A stretch of DNA of 63,325 bases, filler included, from Basidiobolus ranarum (taxonomy: Eukaryota), in NCBI GenBank assembly GCA_040143965.1. It is 24 parts of 24 records of this genome, joined end to end, with 100 filler letters (N's around TTAATTAATTAA, not from the genome) between each part and the next. Parts side by side here need not be neighbours in the genome. Positions count along the whole stretch, not along the records: positions 34,420 to 36,959 come from JASJQH010010099.1; positions 37,060 to 39,598 come from JASJQH010010100.1; positions 39,699 to 42,237 come from JASJQH010010101.1; positions 42,338 to 44,876 come from JASJQH010010102.1; positions 44,977 to 47,514 come from JASJQH010010103.1; 19 more parts are not named here. The stretch is one strand, 5' to 3'. Every line of letters starts with the position of its first letter. The first letter of the stretch is position 1. This document shows, one piece after another, positions 35,055 to 47,614 of this stretch. Made by a program: the position numbers and the translations under genes. The notes under the pieces were generated by a model. That model saw only the letters and a program-made list of their open reading frames with translations. It did not search any database and had not been told where the DNA came from.

Positions 35055-36900
35055 ATGGGCTAAACTGAAATGAATCTGTAAAGGCAAAAATTAACTTGAG
35101 TCAGGAAAATGACAAACCAACTGAGTGGCTTGCCAGAAGAGCACACTACAGTGTAAGTTTCTAGCATCATAAATATAGTAAAGAATTTCTTGATGTAAAT
35201 GCTCTTATTTATCATGATGGTTTTCAAAGTTCTGTTCCAAGTTACCCCAGATACAAGATATTGCTGAATTTCCATCAGATCTTTCTTTAGAAATTGGACA
35301 AAGAGTTACATCTAGATAGCATGGAGTTTGTTCATATTGCTTGCTACCAACGTTAGATCATCCACATGCAGGGCAAGCATCAGGCAAAAGTCTTATGTGT
35401 AAAAGCATAGTTACCTTGAACAGATTTGCTGCATGTTACATTCTGTCACACTCAGAATCAGTAAATCCTCTTTTTGTAGCTTCTTGGTGTTTACTTCTAT
35501 CCCTACAGATATAGCTTCAACTAGCACACTAGTTCAGGTTGCTTCTCATATCCTGGAGGGTAGCTCAAATGTATGTCTACTTTCAAGTCACCAATTAGAT
35601 ATGCTGTCTTTAAATCAATTTGATTGATCTCCCAGTCTTCTTGAGCTGCTAATGTTAATACTCATTCAAAGGAAGTGTGTCTGGCAGCAGGAGCATAGGT
35701 CTTATTTAAATCCATGCGCTTACCTTAACAATATCCTTTAACACCTAGTGTTGCTTTGCATTGGTTAGAAGTTCAATTGGCAGTTCCCTTAATCTTAAAA
35801 ACCATCTGCATCCAGCATCTTTTTGCATAGCAGGTATAGCTACCAAGTCCCAAGTTCAGTTTGGTATTTCAGAGTTGTGTCTTTCATCAGTATCTTCTTC
35901 CAGCATTACTTATCTTCACTTTTGATTGCTTGAAATATTGCTTCATGTTCACTGGCAGCCTCTTTCAATTTGACGTTGGTAGTCTTCCACTACTCAGTTG
36001 GAGGTTTCTGATTGTGCATGGACACTTTTATTGTAAAGGTATCTCCTTTAGAGACTTCTTCAAATTCTGCAGCTCCTAATTCCGTAGCACTGGCAAGTTC
36101 TATTAAACTCCTTTGATATGTATTCTTGACCACTATATGCTCTTCAAGCCTTGATTTTCTTGCCTGTTTCAATCATCGTAGCAGATTTAAAGTCCCAGAA
36201 TATTTATGGATTTTGACTCTAGTGCTTGAAGAAGTACACAATGTCATTGTTGACAAGTCTTTGGTGAAATAATTGAAGTATCTTGCATCTCCCAGCAAGG
36301 TGAAACAAATAGATCAGAATTAATGAGTCCAAGCAGTGTCTTACCTCTAGTAGCTTCATCTTTGACTAAGCATTACCAATGTTTTACGCATGAAAGAATC
36401 CTGCATAAACATCTTTAATAGCAGAATTTCCTAGTCCAAGTCCTACGAGCATTTTCTTCACTTAGAGTGCTTTCAAGCTCTAAAGCACCAGATACCTAAA
36501 GCATTAATACCACAACACTAACTTGTTCTCCTTATCTTCAGATAAGCATGGGTATTCAGAATTCCCTAATATACTACTCAGATATCTACAATCTTGATCC
36601 CTGCTTCATTCAGCAACAGACCAATGGTACTTGTCATTCTTCATAATATGGCATTTCCCAAATCATTAGTTGCAGCCATAGCTGAAACAAATGTAAAGCC
36701 TTTCTTAGTTCTCACATGATAAGCTTGCACAATCTTTAATTGCATATCAGCAGTGTTCCTTTAGCAGTTCTTGACATAGTTCCCAGGCTTGCAATAGTAT
36801 TCATCTACAAATTAAGTCTTCTGGTCAGAGTTCCTTGCACCAATAAAAGTTATGGTTAGCCTTCTCAAGGAAGCCATGTAGTTGCCTGGACAAGGACTGG
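35055..36900 (-). mobile_element. Highly decayed Ty1/copia gag-pol
   Basis: Reverse strand shows remnants LALHVDDLTLVA, TYAPAA, HQIDLKTAYL, GDARYFNYF and a degenerate zinc knuckle (YYCKPGN..KNC). Confidence 0.78.
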
Positions 36901-38404
36901 AAACAACAACAAGAGGCTAGAAGGCAGGAGAGTACTTGGGTGAAGACCACAAGACAAGANNNNNNNNNNNNNNNNNNNNNNNNNNNNNNNNNNNNNNNNN
37001 NNNTTAATTAATTAANNNNNNNNNNNNNNNNNNNNNNNNNNNNNNNNNNNNNNNNNNNNCAGTGGACTTAATTGATGAACAGTCTAGCGATCCACTATCC
37101 ACTTTGGAAGGCATTAACATGCTGGAAACTAACTCACTGGAACTTTTTGAGTCTTATTTTTTAAATAAATCAATGTATAAATTAACATTAGTTCAAAAGG
37201 TATTCTCAGTAGCGGATGTTCAACTGGTTTTCTTACTCATCAATGATGAAGTTTTTGAGGTAAACCTGTTGAAATCAACTGTATGTGGAAATGTAATAAT
37301 ATCAAGCACGATAAATGATATCCTTCTATGCATCAAGGTAGCTCTCGTACCACCTTAACAGGAGTCCTACAAAATTCGAATATTCACACAATAGCCCTAA
37401 CCCTAAGCTATTGATTTATAGAACAGACATATATAGTATACGAAATGAATGCTGCGGGTGAGATCGAAATATCCTAGTAAAGTGAGCGGCAGAAATCATT
37501 AATTATTCATGGTTGCTGAGATTTGGAGATTCTAATATTAGTAGATACGGAGATTACTGTATTTCATCATATGAACTTGAGGCCTAGAAACGTATTAAAG
37601 TAGGGAGTTATTCCAGGTTTAATACCAACCAATCTATAAAGCCATACAATCCAAATGCATGATTTAATAAAGGTGGAAAAGTTTTGGTTTCATGCATCCC
37701 ATATGTAAGTATAGAATTTCTCCCTAGATGATTAATTTCAACTAGTACGTGCTTCATCAATTGGAGAAGGAATATTTACTAAAGAAAACAATGCAGGCAA
37801 GAGCGGAGATTATTATGGGCGCAGAAACATTCAATCATTACATTACCAAGTGAATGATGAAAGACTCTCTACCCCGACAAGGTGTACAGAAAAAAATTGG
37901 AATTAGTTTTAGTATGGATTGGTGAAAAGGTATGCCTTCCTTCTCCTCGATTTAAGCAAGGGATACTTTAATCGAACTTATTGTGTCTAAGGAGTGTTAG
38001 GCAGATGCTCATAGTTGGATCCGAACATTCGTTGAGCTTTACATTCGAGTCGGGGAAGGAGAACCGGAGGTCCTTTTACATTTGCTCTGTTGACTGGACG
38101 ATTGAAAGTGATAGTGATTTGACTAGAATGGGCTCGCCAAAATCAAGTGCACATTGAAACACTATGTTCTGTTGGCCAGTATTCGCAATCTAATCCTCAG
38201 ATGCCAATGGAGGCCCACATACACGCACAGCTAGATTCCCTTAGTATGAATGTATTGTACCTTGATCACAATAATCTAATCAGTATTTCCAACCTGGTAT
38301 GTATATCCTGACTAGCTGCATCCCTCAGCAACCTTTATAATCCCCAGGTTTTCGCTTGCTGGAATTCTAGTACATCTAATTCCTCAGGCCGTGAGATACA
38401 TCTC

Positions 38405-39598
38405 ATGAAAATCCCTTCTTTAGTACAGACTTCTTCTTTCCTCTCAACAGTAAGTCAGGGCCTTCAAGGCTGTGATATCCCCAACGTAAAACATTACACA
38501 ATTCTGTATACTAGTTCACCTCCCACAATTGATGGCAATATTGATGAGAGTGCCTGGCATAAAGCTTCATGGACTGATGATTTTGGGGACATCTTGGGCC
38601 CATTATCTGGTCTGATGGCACCACTGAACACTCAGACCAAAACCAAAGTATGTACTTGTTTCACTAAAGCGTGAGCATCCAATATTAACAGGAAACCTGG
38701 TGTCATCAATAGATGTTATGGGATGAAAAATATCTTTACATAGGTGCACGATTATCCGATCCGTTTATTTTTGCCAGAACTGACCAAGCCGTTGGCAACG
38801 AAGGTAAAGAGTTTACTCTGGGATTCTACACTCAACTGATCTAACCTCTATCCTTCTTACTCTTAAAGCGTTGATTGATAACACATTTGAGATATTTCTT
38901 GATACTGAACGAACCAACCATAACTACAAGAGAATTCAAATGAACCCTTTAGGGGTTTCTCAATTTCTTGAATACGGTAAGCCTCCTTCGGATGGTGGTC
39001 AATCCAAACGCTGGGAAATAGGATCCCAATTTCGTTCTCAAGTATTCAACAGCTCGGTAGTGGGATTAATGACCGATCCAACCACAATGTTAACTTCCTT
39101 AACGAGTCCCTCCAACTTTTGGACAGTTGAATGGGCAATACCTATAGAGAAATTTCGAAGGAATTCTCGAAAAAGAGGGGACGGCCCAAGTTCCGAATAC
39201 TCGAACTTCCAATTTATGAGGTAAATTAAAAGATTAATGGATTTTAAAGTCCATTGTACTCAATATTATGAATCCACCTAGATCCGGTTGGCCACCTGAA
39301 ACCGTACCGAACTACAAAAAGAGTGGTGGTAAAAAGAACAAGAAAAAAGAGAAACGTTATTTACTTTCCCTCCTGGACAATTTACTTCCTACTTCTCCGT
39401 TTAAATCTACTTGGACGCCACAATATACAGAAGATGAGCATAACCCGGATTGGTGGGGTCAAGTGGAATTCTCCCACTCAGAGGTTGCAACAGAACTAAA
39501 ACCGGATCCCCAGTATCCCACTCGATTTGTGTTAATGCAAATTTATTACGCACAACGAGAGTATTTCAAAGAGCAAGGAAGGTACACCAAAAATCTAG
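38405..39598 (+). CDS. Carbohydrate-binding family 9-like (DOMON-like) protein, three introns, 3'-truncated
   Basis: PPTIDGNIDESAWHKASWTDDFGDILG...TKTK/MLWDEKYLYIGARL...DNTFEIFLD..TNHNY...WTVEWAIP...NFQFMRSGW...WTPQ...HNPDWWGQVEFS...LMQIYYAQREYF. Introns 38648-38712, 38804-38868 and 39221-39281 restore the frame. Confidence 0.88.
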
Positions 39599-39836
39599 NN
39601 NNNNNNNNNNNNNNNNNNNNNNNNNNNNNNNNNNNNNNNNNNTTAATTAATTAANNNNNNNNNNNNNNNNNNNNNNNNNNNNNNNNNNNNNNNNNNNNGC
39701 CTCGTGTAATTTTTTCCAGTCCTTCTCCAGTTCCTTATTGTAACAAGGCATAAGAGAGCTATGAATTCTAATAGGCAGTATTTTAAGATATTGAGTTGTC
39801 ATAGGTGTGAAATAAATGTTTGAATGTTAAAACTTT

Positions 39837-40590
39837 CCCATAACAAATATAAATTGATTTGATCTAGATCAGATCCACCCTTCTGGATGGCAAAGCTGTC
39901 AGAGAACTGTCACAATAGTGGTGGCTTGCATTCTGCCAGAGACTTTGATGGTGAGATGGTGGCTTCTTGAAGGTATTTTGACAGTATTCATATATGGTAA
40001 AATATTGATCCTCTTATTTTGCAAGTGTTATTTAATTTGTAACAATTTTCACAAAAAACTACTTTTTGAATGTCAAATTTTGGGTTTATACTTATAGGAA
40101 TTCAAATTAACATCCATGCCCTTATTTAGACATTTAAGGCCTTGTATTCCAGCCAACATGAGAATCAAAAATTCAACAATCTCATTGTGTTTAGTCTCTA
40201 CATATGCACATACTTCACTGATCAGACATTACTCAACAGCATCAATATGCTTCATTAGCAAATTAATGGTAAAAATATTGCAAAACATCTAAAGTTTTTG
40301 ATACCACCCAAAAACTCTGAGCATTGTGAAAGATGCACCAGGAAATGTATTGAAAACCAGCATTAATTTAGTCTGTCTTCTTTAAACCTGTAATAAAGTT
40401 TTTCATATTCAATTACAAAATTGTTACACATTTGCTGCATCTGCCTGAGATATGCCAATGTGAGTTGATGCCATAAAAATATATTAACAATATGCACAAA
40501 TAACTCCCAATGTTGCCAATACTTATCAGGCAGAAATCTTTTCAAGCTTTCACTTGAATCTGTACAAATACAATATGTTTACTGGCCATA
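39837..40590 (-). mobile_element. CACTA-like element 3' region with degenerate terminus
   Basis: RFLPDKYWQHWELFVHIVNIF...YEKLYYRFKEDRLN. The left end CCCATAACAAATATAAATTGATTTGATCT resembles 53694. Confidence 0.82.
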
Positions 40591-41039
40591 GCTAGTCAAA
40601 AGTGATCAATCTTTATTTGTGATTAAAGTAACAATAGCTGTCAAACACAAACCTCAAGAAAGTAGGTCTATGTTGATGTATACAGACATGCACCAGTGGC
40701 AATAGCTGGTTGACTCAATAATTAAGGGCTCTCTATCTGAAGAAGCTACTAGATATACAAGCAAAATGCAAACTAAATTGCATGAGCCAAAACACACCAT
40801 ATGACATCAGTCTCCAGCCACAACTTATGTTCTTCAAGGTAGTTCAACTTTAGCAAGATCAAACCCACCAACCAAGTGCTGGGATTGGAGCAAGATTCAT
40901 TCTTAGCAAATATCAAGGAGATAACTAAGAAAACCGAAGCAAATCAGCATGAAGTACTTCAAACTTTGACAACTGCCAAATAGCATCAAGATCTTATGTT
41001 TAATCACAATATCTTATGCCCTCATGGAGCACTAATAGT

Positions 41040-42094
41040 CCACATGCATCATACATCCAATGATTCAATGGATATGCAAATATATCACGCAGTTTCACCT
41101 TAAATAAACAAAATTATTGGTCAATAGAAAACTTGAGTGGTCTTATTGATTTCATTTGGCTTGTTCTGTTTGATTCTTGTCCCATTAGAAGGTTTCAGGA
41201 TAAAATAAATAATTTGCTGATCTAAAAAGGATGATGTAGTGATTCTGATCAAGGTGACTTTGCTGCAGAGAGTCTCATTGTAAAGTGTTGTGTTTTCCTA
41301 CAGTATTGCAAACAACTAGTGTTCCACATTTGAAGAGCTATAAGGGCAAATTAGCATGTCCCCAAAGCTGGCTGGACTTACTGGTTTGACCAAAGTTGCA
41401 TTTCAACCTACATCTTTCTGGTCATATAACTGTGGTAACTCCACAGTATTTTGTCTTTTGGCAGTGTTACCAAAATTTTGAGGCAAAGTACAGCCAGTGG
41501 ACACAGTGGGCAGAACAAAATTTGACTTTGTGTACACTTATTACTCTTTATTTCTTATTAAATATTTCTGTTGTGGCATAAGAAGGATATTGTAGAAAAA
41601 TAAACCCCTCCTATATAAGAATGGTATTGCCAGTAGATCCCATCTTTATTATCAGCTGATCCTGGGATGGTGTCACAGATGAGTCATCAGGGGATATACA
41701 AGATATTTCCGGTATTAGATGGCAATTTTGGTTTATTATAAGCTGTTTCTAAGCAATTTCATTACACCAAGTTTACCATCTGAAAATTTCAATCCCTTTT
41801 AAAATGCATTCAAAATCTAAATTAATATTGGCTTCCAAGCCAGCAGGCATGAAAGAAAAAAAAGCAGCAAGAACAGAGGACTTAATTGATGAGCAGTCAA
41901 GCAATCCACTATCCACTTTGGAAGGCATTAACATGCCAGAAGCCAACTCAAGTAATGATGAAGCATTAATCAATTTACCAGATGTGCTCCTTTCCAGTAA
42001 TAGTGCAAGCAAAGAAATTGTTATCCATCAATTACATAGTCAATCAATAGTTGAGCAAAGTTCAATAGAAACACTGTCAAGAACATCAACTTTT
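41040..42094. mobile_element. Mixed decayed repeat: transposase remnant (minus) and a repeat shared with 37060-37135 and 53040-53600
   Basis: The DLIDEQSS(N/D)PLSTLEGINM segment recurs in three contigs. 41040-41160 resembles the reverse complement of 48300-48400. Confidence 0.6.
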
Positions 42095-42237
42095 TGTTGA
42101 AAGTCTGGTGACTTGTGGTACAAGCAGTAATCCCAAAGAGGAAAATATGGAGTATGGTGACTGCATCTGAGCACAAAGTCTAAGGCCAATCAGTTGCTTG
42201 TATAGCTGAAATGCCAAATTACCATACATTGACAGAC
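42095..42237 (+). mobile_element. LTR type A terminus
   Basis: Matches the copies at 2446 and 12989. Confidence 0.8.
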
Positions 42238-42337
42238 NNNNNNNNNNNNNNNNNNNNNNNNNNNNNNNNNNNNNNNNNNNNTTAATTAATTAANNNNNNN
42301 NNNNNNNNNNNNNNNNNNNNNNNNNNNNNNNNNNNNN

Positions 42338-44770
42338 GAGGTCAAACATGGCATAAAAGAAAAGGCCACATCAGGAACTAAACCTGACCCAAAGGATCCA
42401 AAATCAGCATGTCTCAGATTTGAAATTGAAGATATCACTAAACTTGATCTGTGTGAAGGTTGTATATATGGAAAACATACAGATAGTCATATTTTAGCTC
42501 TGGAGTGATTAAATCCACTCAAAATGTTTCCCTGATTCATTCAGACCTATGTGGGCCCATGAAAAATGTCTCACTATTTGGGAAGAGGTACTTTATGACC
42601 ATTTTTGATGACCAAGCAAGATATACTTGAGTTTTCTTTCTTGAATCAAAAATGGAAGCCTTAGCCATGTTCAAGCATTACAAAGCTATGGTAGAGAAAG
42701 AATCAGCACAAAAAATTGATAAAAGTGTTTGGGGGATTTGGAAGTGTTTTGGACATGATTTGGATTTGTGAATTAGACACAGTTGTTTATTAGATTGAAT
42801 ATGTGCTATTTATTGTTTAATATGAAGTAGAACTATTGGATGTGCATAGATCAATACAAACATGTCTGTTAAGAATTGGTAAAAATTTGAGATGATTTGA
42901 AGAAGTTTTGAGAATTACTGAAAATTGGTAATAGCACCCAAATCTAAATTCCAAAACTTGTTTTTATTGATAAAAGTGTTCAAGGGATTTGAAAGTGTCT
43001 TGGTCAATATTAGATTTGTGAATGAAACACTTGAGTTTTATTGGATTGCATATGTTTCATTTATAGTTTACTAAGAAATAGGACTATTGGATATACTTAG
43101 ATCATAATAAACATGCCTGTTAAGCATGTGTGAAAATTTGAGATGATTTGGGGAAGAATTGAGAAAATAGTGAAATTGAGTAAAAGCAACCTAATTGATA
43201 TTTCTATCCATTAGAGCAATAAACACACATTTTTGAATGACAGAATTGGGTACCAAATAATCAGAATATGAATAAAGTAACTACTAAATAATGAGTTGCT
43301 AGTAACCTAATTTCAACAAAAATAAAGGTAATGAGGAGTGATAATGGGGGAGAATACTGCTCTATAGACTTCGTTAGTTTTTGATCTAAAAAAGGAATTA
43401 AGCAACAAACTACTGTACCTCTTACTCTACAGCAAAATAAGTTAACAGAACATGCTAATAGGATCTAGTGGAGATGGCAAGATCAATGTTATATGATGAA
43501 AAGTCAGATTACCAAATTTGGCTGAATAAGTCTCCACTGCAAGGTATAATCAGCACTATGCAGGAAGTGTCTGACAAAATTCCAGCTGTATTCGATCCCT
43601 ATTCAACCATATTTCCAGTCCTAATTTCATCTAAGCATGATTCAGGACCCAGAATATCATCCAGAAGAGAAAATTAGCCAGGAAACTGGTGGCACACTTC
43701 AAATTATGATGTATCTGCTTATGCTGCATCCTGTGACATGCCACAGACCTTAGATCTAGCTCTGGAATGTCCAGAATCAAATTTATCGGAAAAAGCAATG
43801 TCTGATGAGATCTTTTCACTTCTGGACAATAAAACATGGGTTTTAAGTCATCTACCATCAGGGAGAAAGCCAATAGGTTGAAAATGGGTCTACAAATTCC
43901 AACACTAAGCTGATGGAACTATAGAAAGGTACAAAGCAAGATTAGTTGTAAAAGGTTATTCCCCAACACCAGGAGTTGATTTTAATGAAATTTTTGCTCT
44001 AGTGGCCAGGTTCAGCTCCATTAGATCAATCCTGGCACTCTTAGCTGTTCATAACCTTGATTTACATCAAATGGATGTAAAAACAGCCTTTCTGAATGGA
44101 AATCTAGAAGCAGAGATTTATAAAAAGTAATCACATGGATTTGTTTACCCAAAACACCCTGAAATGGTGTGTAAACGGCAAATATTGCTCTATAGACTGC
44201 AACAAGCATTCAGGGCATGGTACAACAAGATAGATATCTATTTGGAATCACTAAAATTCCAAAAATGCACAGCAGGGCACAGTACTAACATCAACACAAC
44301 CAGAAATAGGATCTTTATCTTGGCACTATATGTGGATGACTTGATCATAGCTACAAATTAATGAGATGCATTTAATGGGTGATAAAGTGGCTCATAAAAC
44401 CATTTTCAGATGACTGCTCTAGGTGATAAAATTTTTTTTCTTGGAATCCAAATCAAGAGAGATCACCCCAATCAGAAAGTTGTGCTGAATCATTCTAGAT
44501 ATATCCTGGAAATCCAACAATGCTTCAACATGGAGAATAGCAAGCCTGAATCTTCACCAACAGATCACAATGTAAAATTAAGCAAAATTTCAACTGATTT
44601 GGCACAAAATGACTCAAATTAAAACCAGGAGTTCCCTTATCAATCCATGGTGGGTAGTTAACTGTATACAATGATTGGAACTTGTCCAGACATTGCTGTG
44701 GCAGTGGGAAGTGTTGGCCAATATCTCAAAAATCCAATATCTGATCACAAAACTGCAGTAAAATGAATAT
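42338..44770 (+). mobile_element. Decayed Ty1/copia pol with internal LTR insertion and internal deletion
   Basis: [44 protein letters not shown] and LYVDDLII. Same family as 58163-60694. Confidence 0.95.
42715..43318. mobile_element. Two tandem/nested LTR type D copies inside the integrase region
   Basis: TTGATAAAAGTGTT.. starts at ~42716 and again at ~42967, and the insert ends TTTCAACA. The flanks rejoin to the uninterrupted AGCACAAAAATAAGGGTA seen at 58621. Confidence 0.82.
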
Positions 44771-44976
44771 TTGACTTGTTCCGTTGGACCAGGTCAGATT
44801 GTGCCACTTGATCCAGCCTGCTAGTACCCCATCTGATGCAATCTGTCAATTACCATGGGTGGGTCCTATAAAACTCNNNNNNNNNNNNNNNNNNNNNNNN
44901 NNNNNNNNNNNNNNNNNNNNTTAATTAATTAANNNNNNNNNNNNNNNNNNNNNNNNNNNNNNNNNNNNNNNNNNNN

Positions 44977-45086
44977 TCAGTATTGTCACAATATCTCAAA
45001 AGATTGATGTCTTGATTGTCACTTTGTTTAGATTAGTATTTAAGCTAAATAAAGTCTACACCATCTGGTGCTTTTCATCCCCCCTA
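44977..45086. mobile_element. Second copy of the unclassified repeat terminus
   Basis: Matches 29198-29306. Confidence 0.72.
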
Positions 45087-47238
45087 TTCTATACAGCTCG
45101 AACATTCCAATGTACTGGGAAGACATATCCCGGCCTTTTTATCACTCCAAATGGAACTAGAATGCTGCACTTTACCTGACTAGATATTTGGTCCAAAGCA
45201 CTAGTAATATTGTAGAAGGTCCACCTTCAGTAAGACAATAAAAGTAAAGCGAAGTAATATACTAGTAAAGCGAAGTATTTACTATACTGCTGAATGCAAA
45301 TCTATCTTCATCTAAACCAAGATGAAGTACACAGTTGATATTTCGGGCTATGAGATAGTCAATGTATTCACCCGTCCTAGGGTTTTGCTCTTCAGGTTGA
45401 GAATTGCTTCATTAGCATTTGAGCCGTACGATGCAGCACGCCATATGTTGCAGTTCATTTGTGATCATATTGGTACTAAATGTTGTTAAAGTGAACCGAG
45501 ACTTGCTTGGGCTACCCTGATGAGGCTCATAAGGTGATGTATTAAGTGTGTAAACACAAGTGGTTGATTCTAGAGATCAGGAATGGCATGTTTGCGATCT
45601 AATAATAACCACAAATCCCAATGAAGTAATACTGAGAAATGAAGTGATCCAAGCAATAGAAATATTTTAATCAGTGATGATGGGGCTAATGAGATATGTC
45701 CAAAAGCAATAAAACTGACCCACTACAATATCAAATGATCAATGATGTGACGCTTAATTCATTCCAAACACAGATGAGAACATCCAACCGGGATAACTGG
45801 AAATACTAGCTGGGAGAGGAACATATCCTTCTTACCAGATTGATATATATATCCTACCAAATATAGTTGTGACTCTTCAGGAGTAGCGTAAACAAGAACA
45901 CTGTGATGGTGACAGGGACTCTGAGGAGTCTCTAGAGGTGCCTGGCATCCAGAGTTTGAAAACAGTGACGATGACAACGCCCCATCTATACTGGCACATG
46001 AAGAAATGGTGACAATTGTTCAAATGGTTTAGATGGGATTTTGAGTTATTCCAAAAGCATAGAATGCTCATCACTTTTCTCCTGGATTGGAGTGCACTAC
46101 AACATCTTACAAATAGCTAAACGATGGAAGCGATGTAGAAAATGCTCTGGGCTCTATGGTTGGGCAATACTGTAGTGTCAGAGTAGAGACAATTGACAAA
46201 TATCTATATAAGATACGTCATTTACTGGACACGTCTCAAAGAACACTGACTTCATGCATATCCAAAATCCAGTCTGGCGTTCAGTATGTTTGAAACGATG
46301 TTAACAAGAGGAGATATGAAGTGTATGGACGAAGTTTAGAATCAGGATGAAGTTTTATTTGCAACCTATACCGTGATACCTCCGAGAAACCAAATCGATC
46401 ATTGCATTTAGCCTGAAAAGGGAATGATTCGAATTTGGGGCAGGAAAGATGGAATAGCATCGTGGATTGTTGCGTCCAGTATTTAAAAATTGCATCTTAA
46501 TGCCGTGATACATAGATGTTTCGTTATCGAATCCCAGAGTATCAAATTCAAGAAGAAAACCCCACTAAAAACCAGGTTATATATATCAATGGATTCGCCC
46601 AATCAAGCTTGGATCCTGTCGACGGATGAATTCCTGTCTCAACCACGTTTTCAAGTGATTAATCGACGCCCTCATGTGGATTATCTGCAGTCAAATACCA
46701 TTTGGCGAATCCATTGGGGCAGTCGCTTGAAATGGTAATCACAGTAAGCACTAAGCAGTGCATTCAAGTGAGCCTTGCTTAGTAAAGTAATCAATACCCG
46801 CAGTACATCTCCAAACGATGGAAGTGGAAGTTCAACTAACTATCTTTCGGAATTCTACCGAGCTTTCTCATTTGGTACGAATTTATTGAGAGAGTGACTG
46901 ATATTTCCAAACTCTCTGACTAAACCTTACCATAACGGTGTAAATCAAGTTTTTCACTTCTTTGGGTTATACTAACAATACACAAGTGATGCCAACGTAG
47001 GCCAAGGGAAAATTTTACTTCGTCGATATGGTGGGCATTCATATTTGCTATCCTATCCTGGATACTGTATTTGAAACCCCAGATTAAAAGTATATCAAGT
47101 ACGAAGAGATATGTTATCAAGTGCATCAGTAATATTTAATAGTTTATATAGAGATTTTGGCTATGGATAGAATGTGCATTGCTATATAAAATAAGAACAG
47201 ATATACAAGATGAGGTGATAGATGAAATTTGAATGATT

Positions 47239-47514
47239 TTAAATGTATGTCAATGTAATTGTCAAGATAGTTGCCACAGAAATGGTCCAGAAGTTAGCAA
47301 CGGTCATGACCGATGATGAAAAAGGTGTTGGTCTTGCGGTAGCCTTCACAGTAGCTAATACTGTAACGTCAGAGCCAGAAACTTTAGCAGTAGCTGTTAC
47401 AACCACGTCTTGGATAACATCGCTATTGGGCAACGTAGTTACAGGTTTTCCACCAGTGCTAGGAATACTTATCGTAATTGGGGCGTCGGCTGAAGGGATG
47501 GTGATGGTTGCTGA
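47239..47514 (-). CDS. C-terminus of a Ser/Thr-rich, probably GPI-anchored protein
   Basis: The frame is open from the contig edge: SATITIPSADAPITISIPSTGGKPVTTLPNSDV...PTPFSSSVMTVANFWTISVATILTITLTYI*. Confidence 0.78.
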   Translation of the reverse strand, partial: SATITIPSADAPITISIPSTGGKPVTTLPNSDVIQDVVVTATAKVSGSDVTVLATVKATARPTPFSSSVMTVANFWTISVATILTITLTYI

Positions 47515-47614
47515 NNNNNNNNNNNNNNNNNNNNNNNNNNNNNNNNNNNNNNNNNNNNTTAATTAATTAANNNNNNNNNNNNNNNNNNNNNNNNNNNNNN
47601 NNNNNNNNNNNNNN

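Noticed and set aside
45087-46400. Possible pseudogene fragments on both strands
   Set aside because: Multiple stops and no recognisable family.
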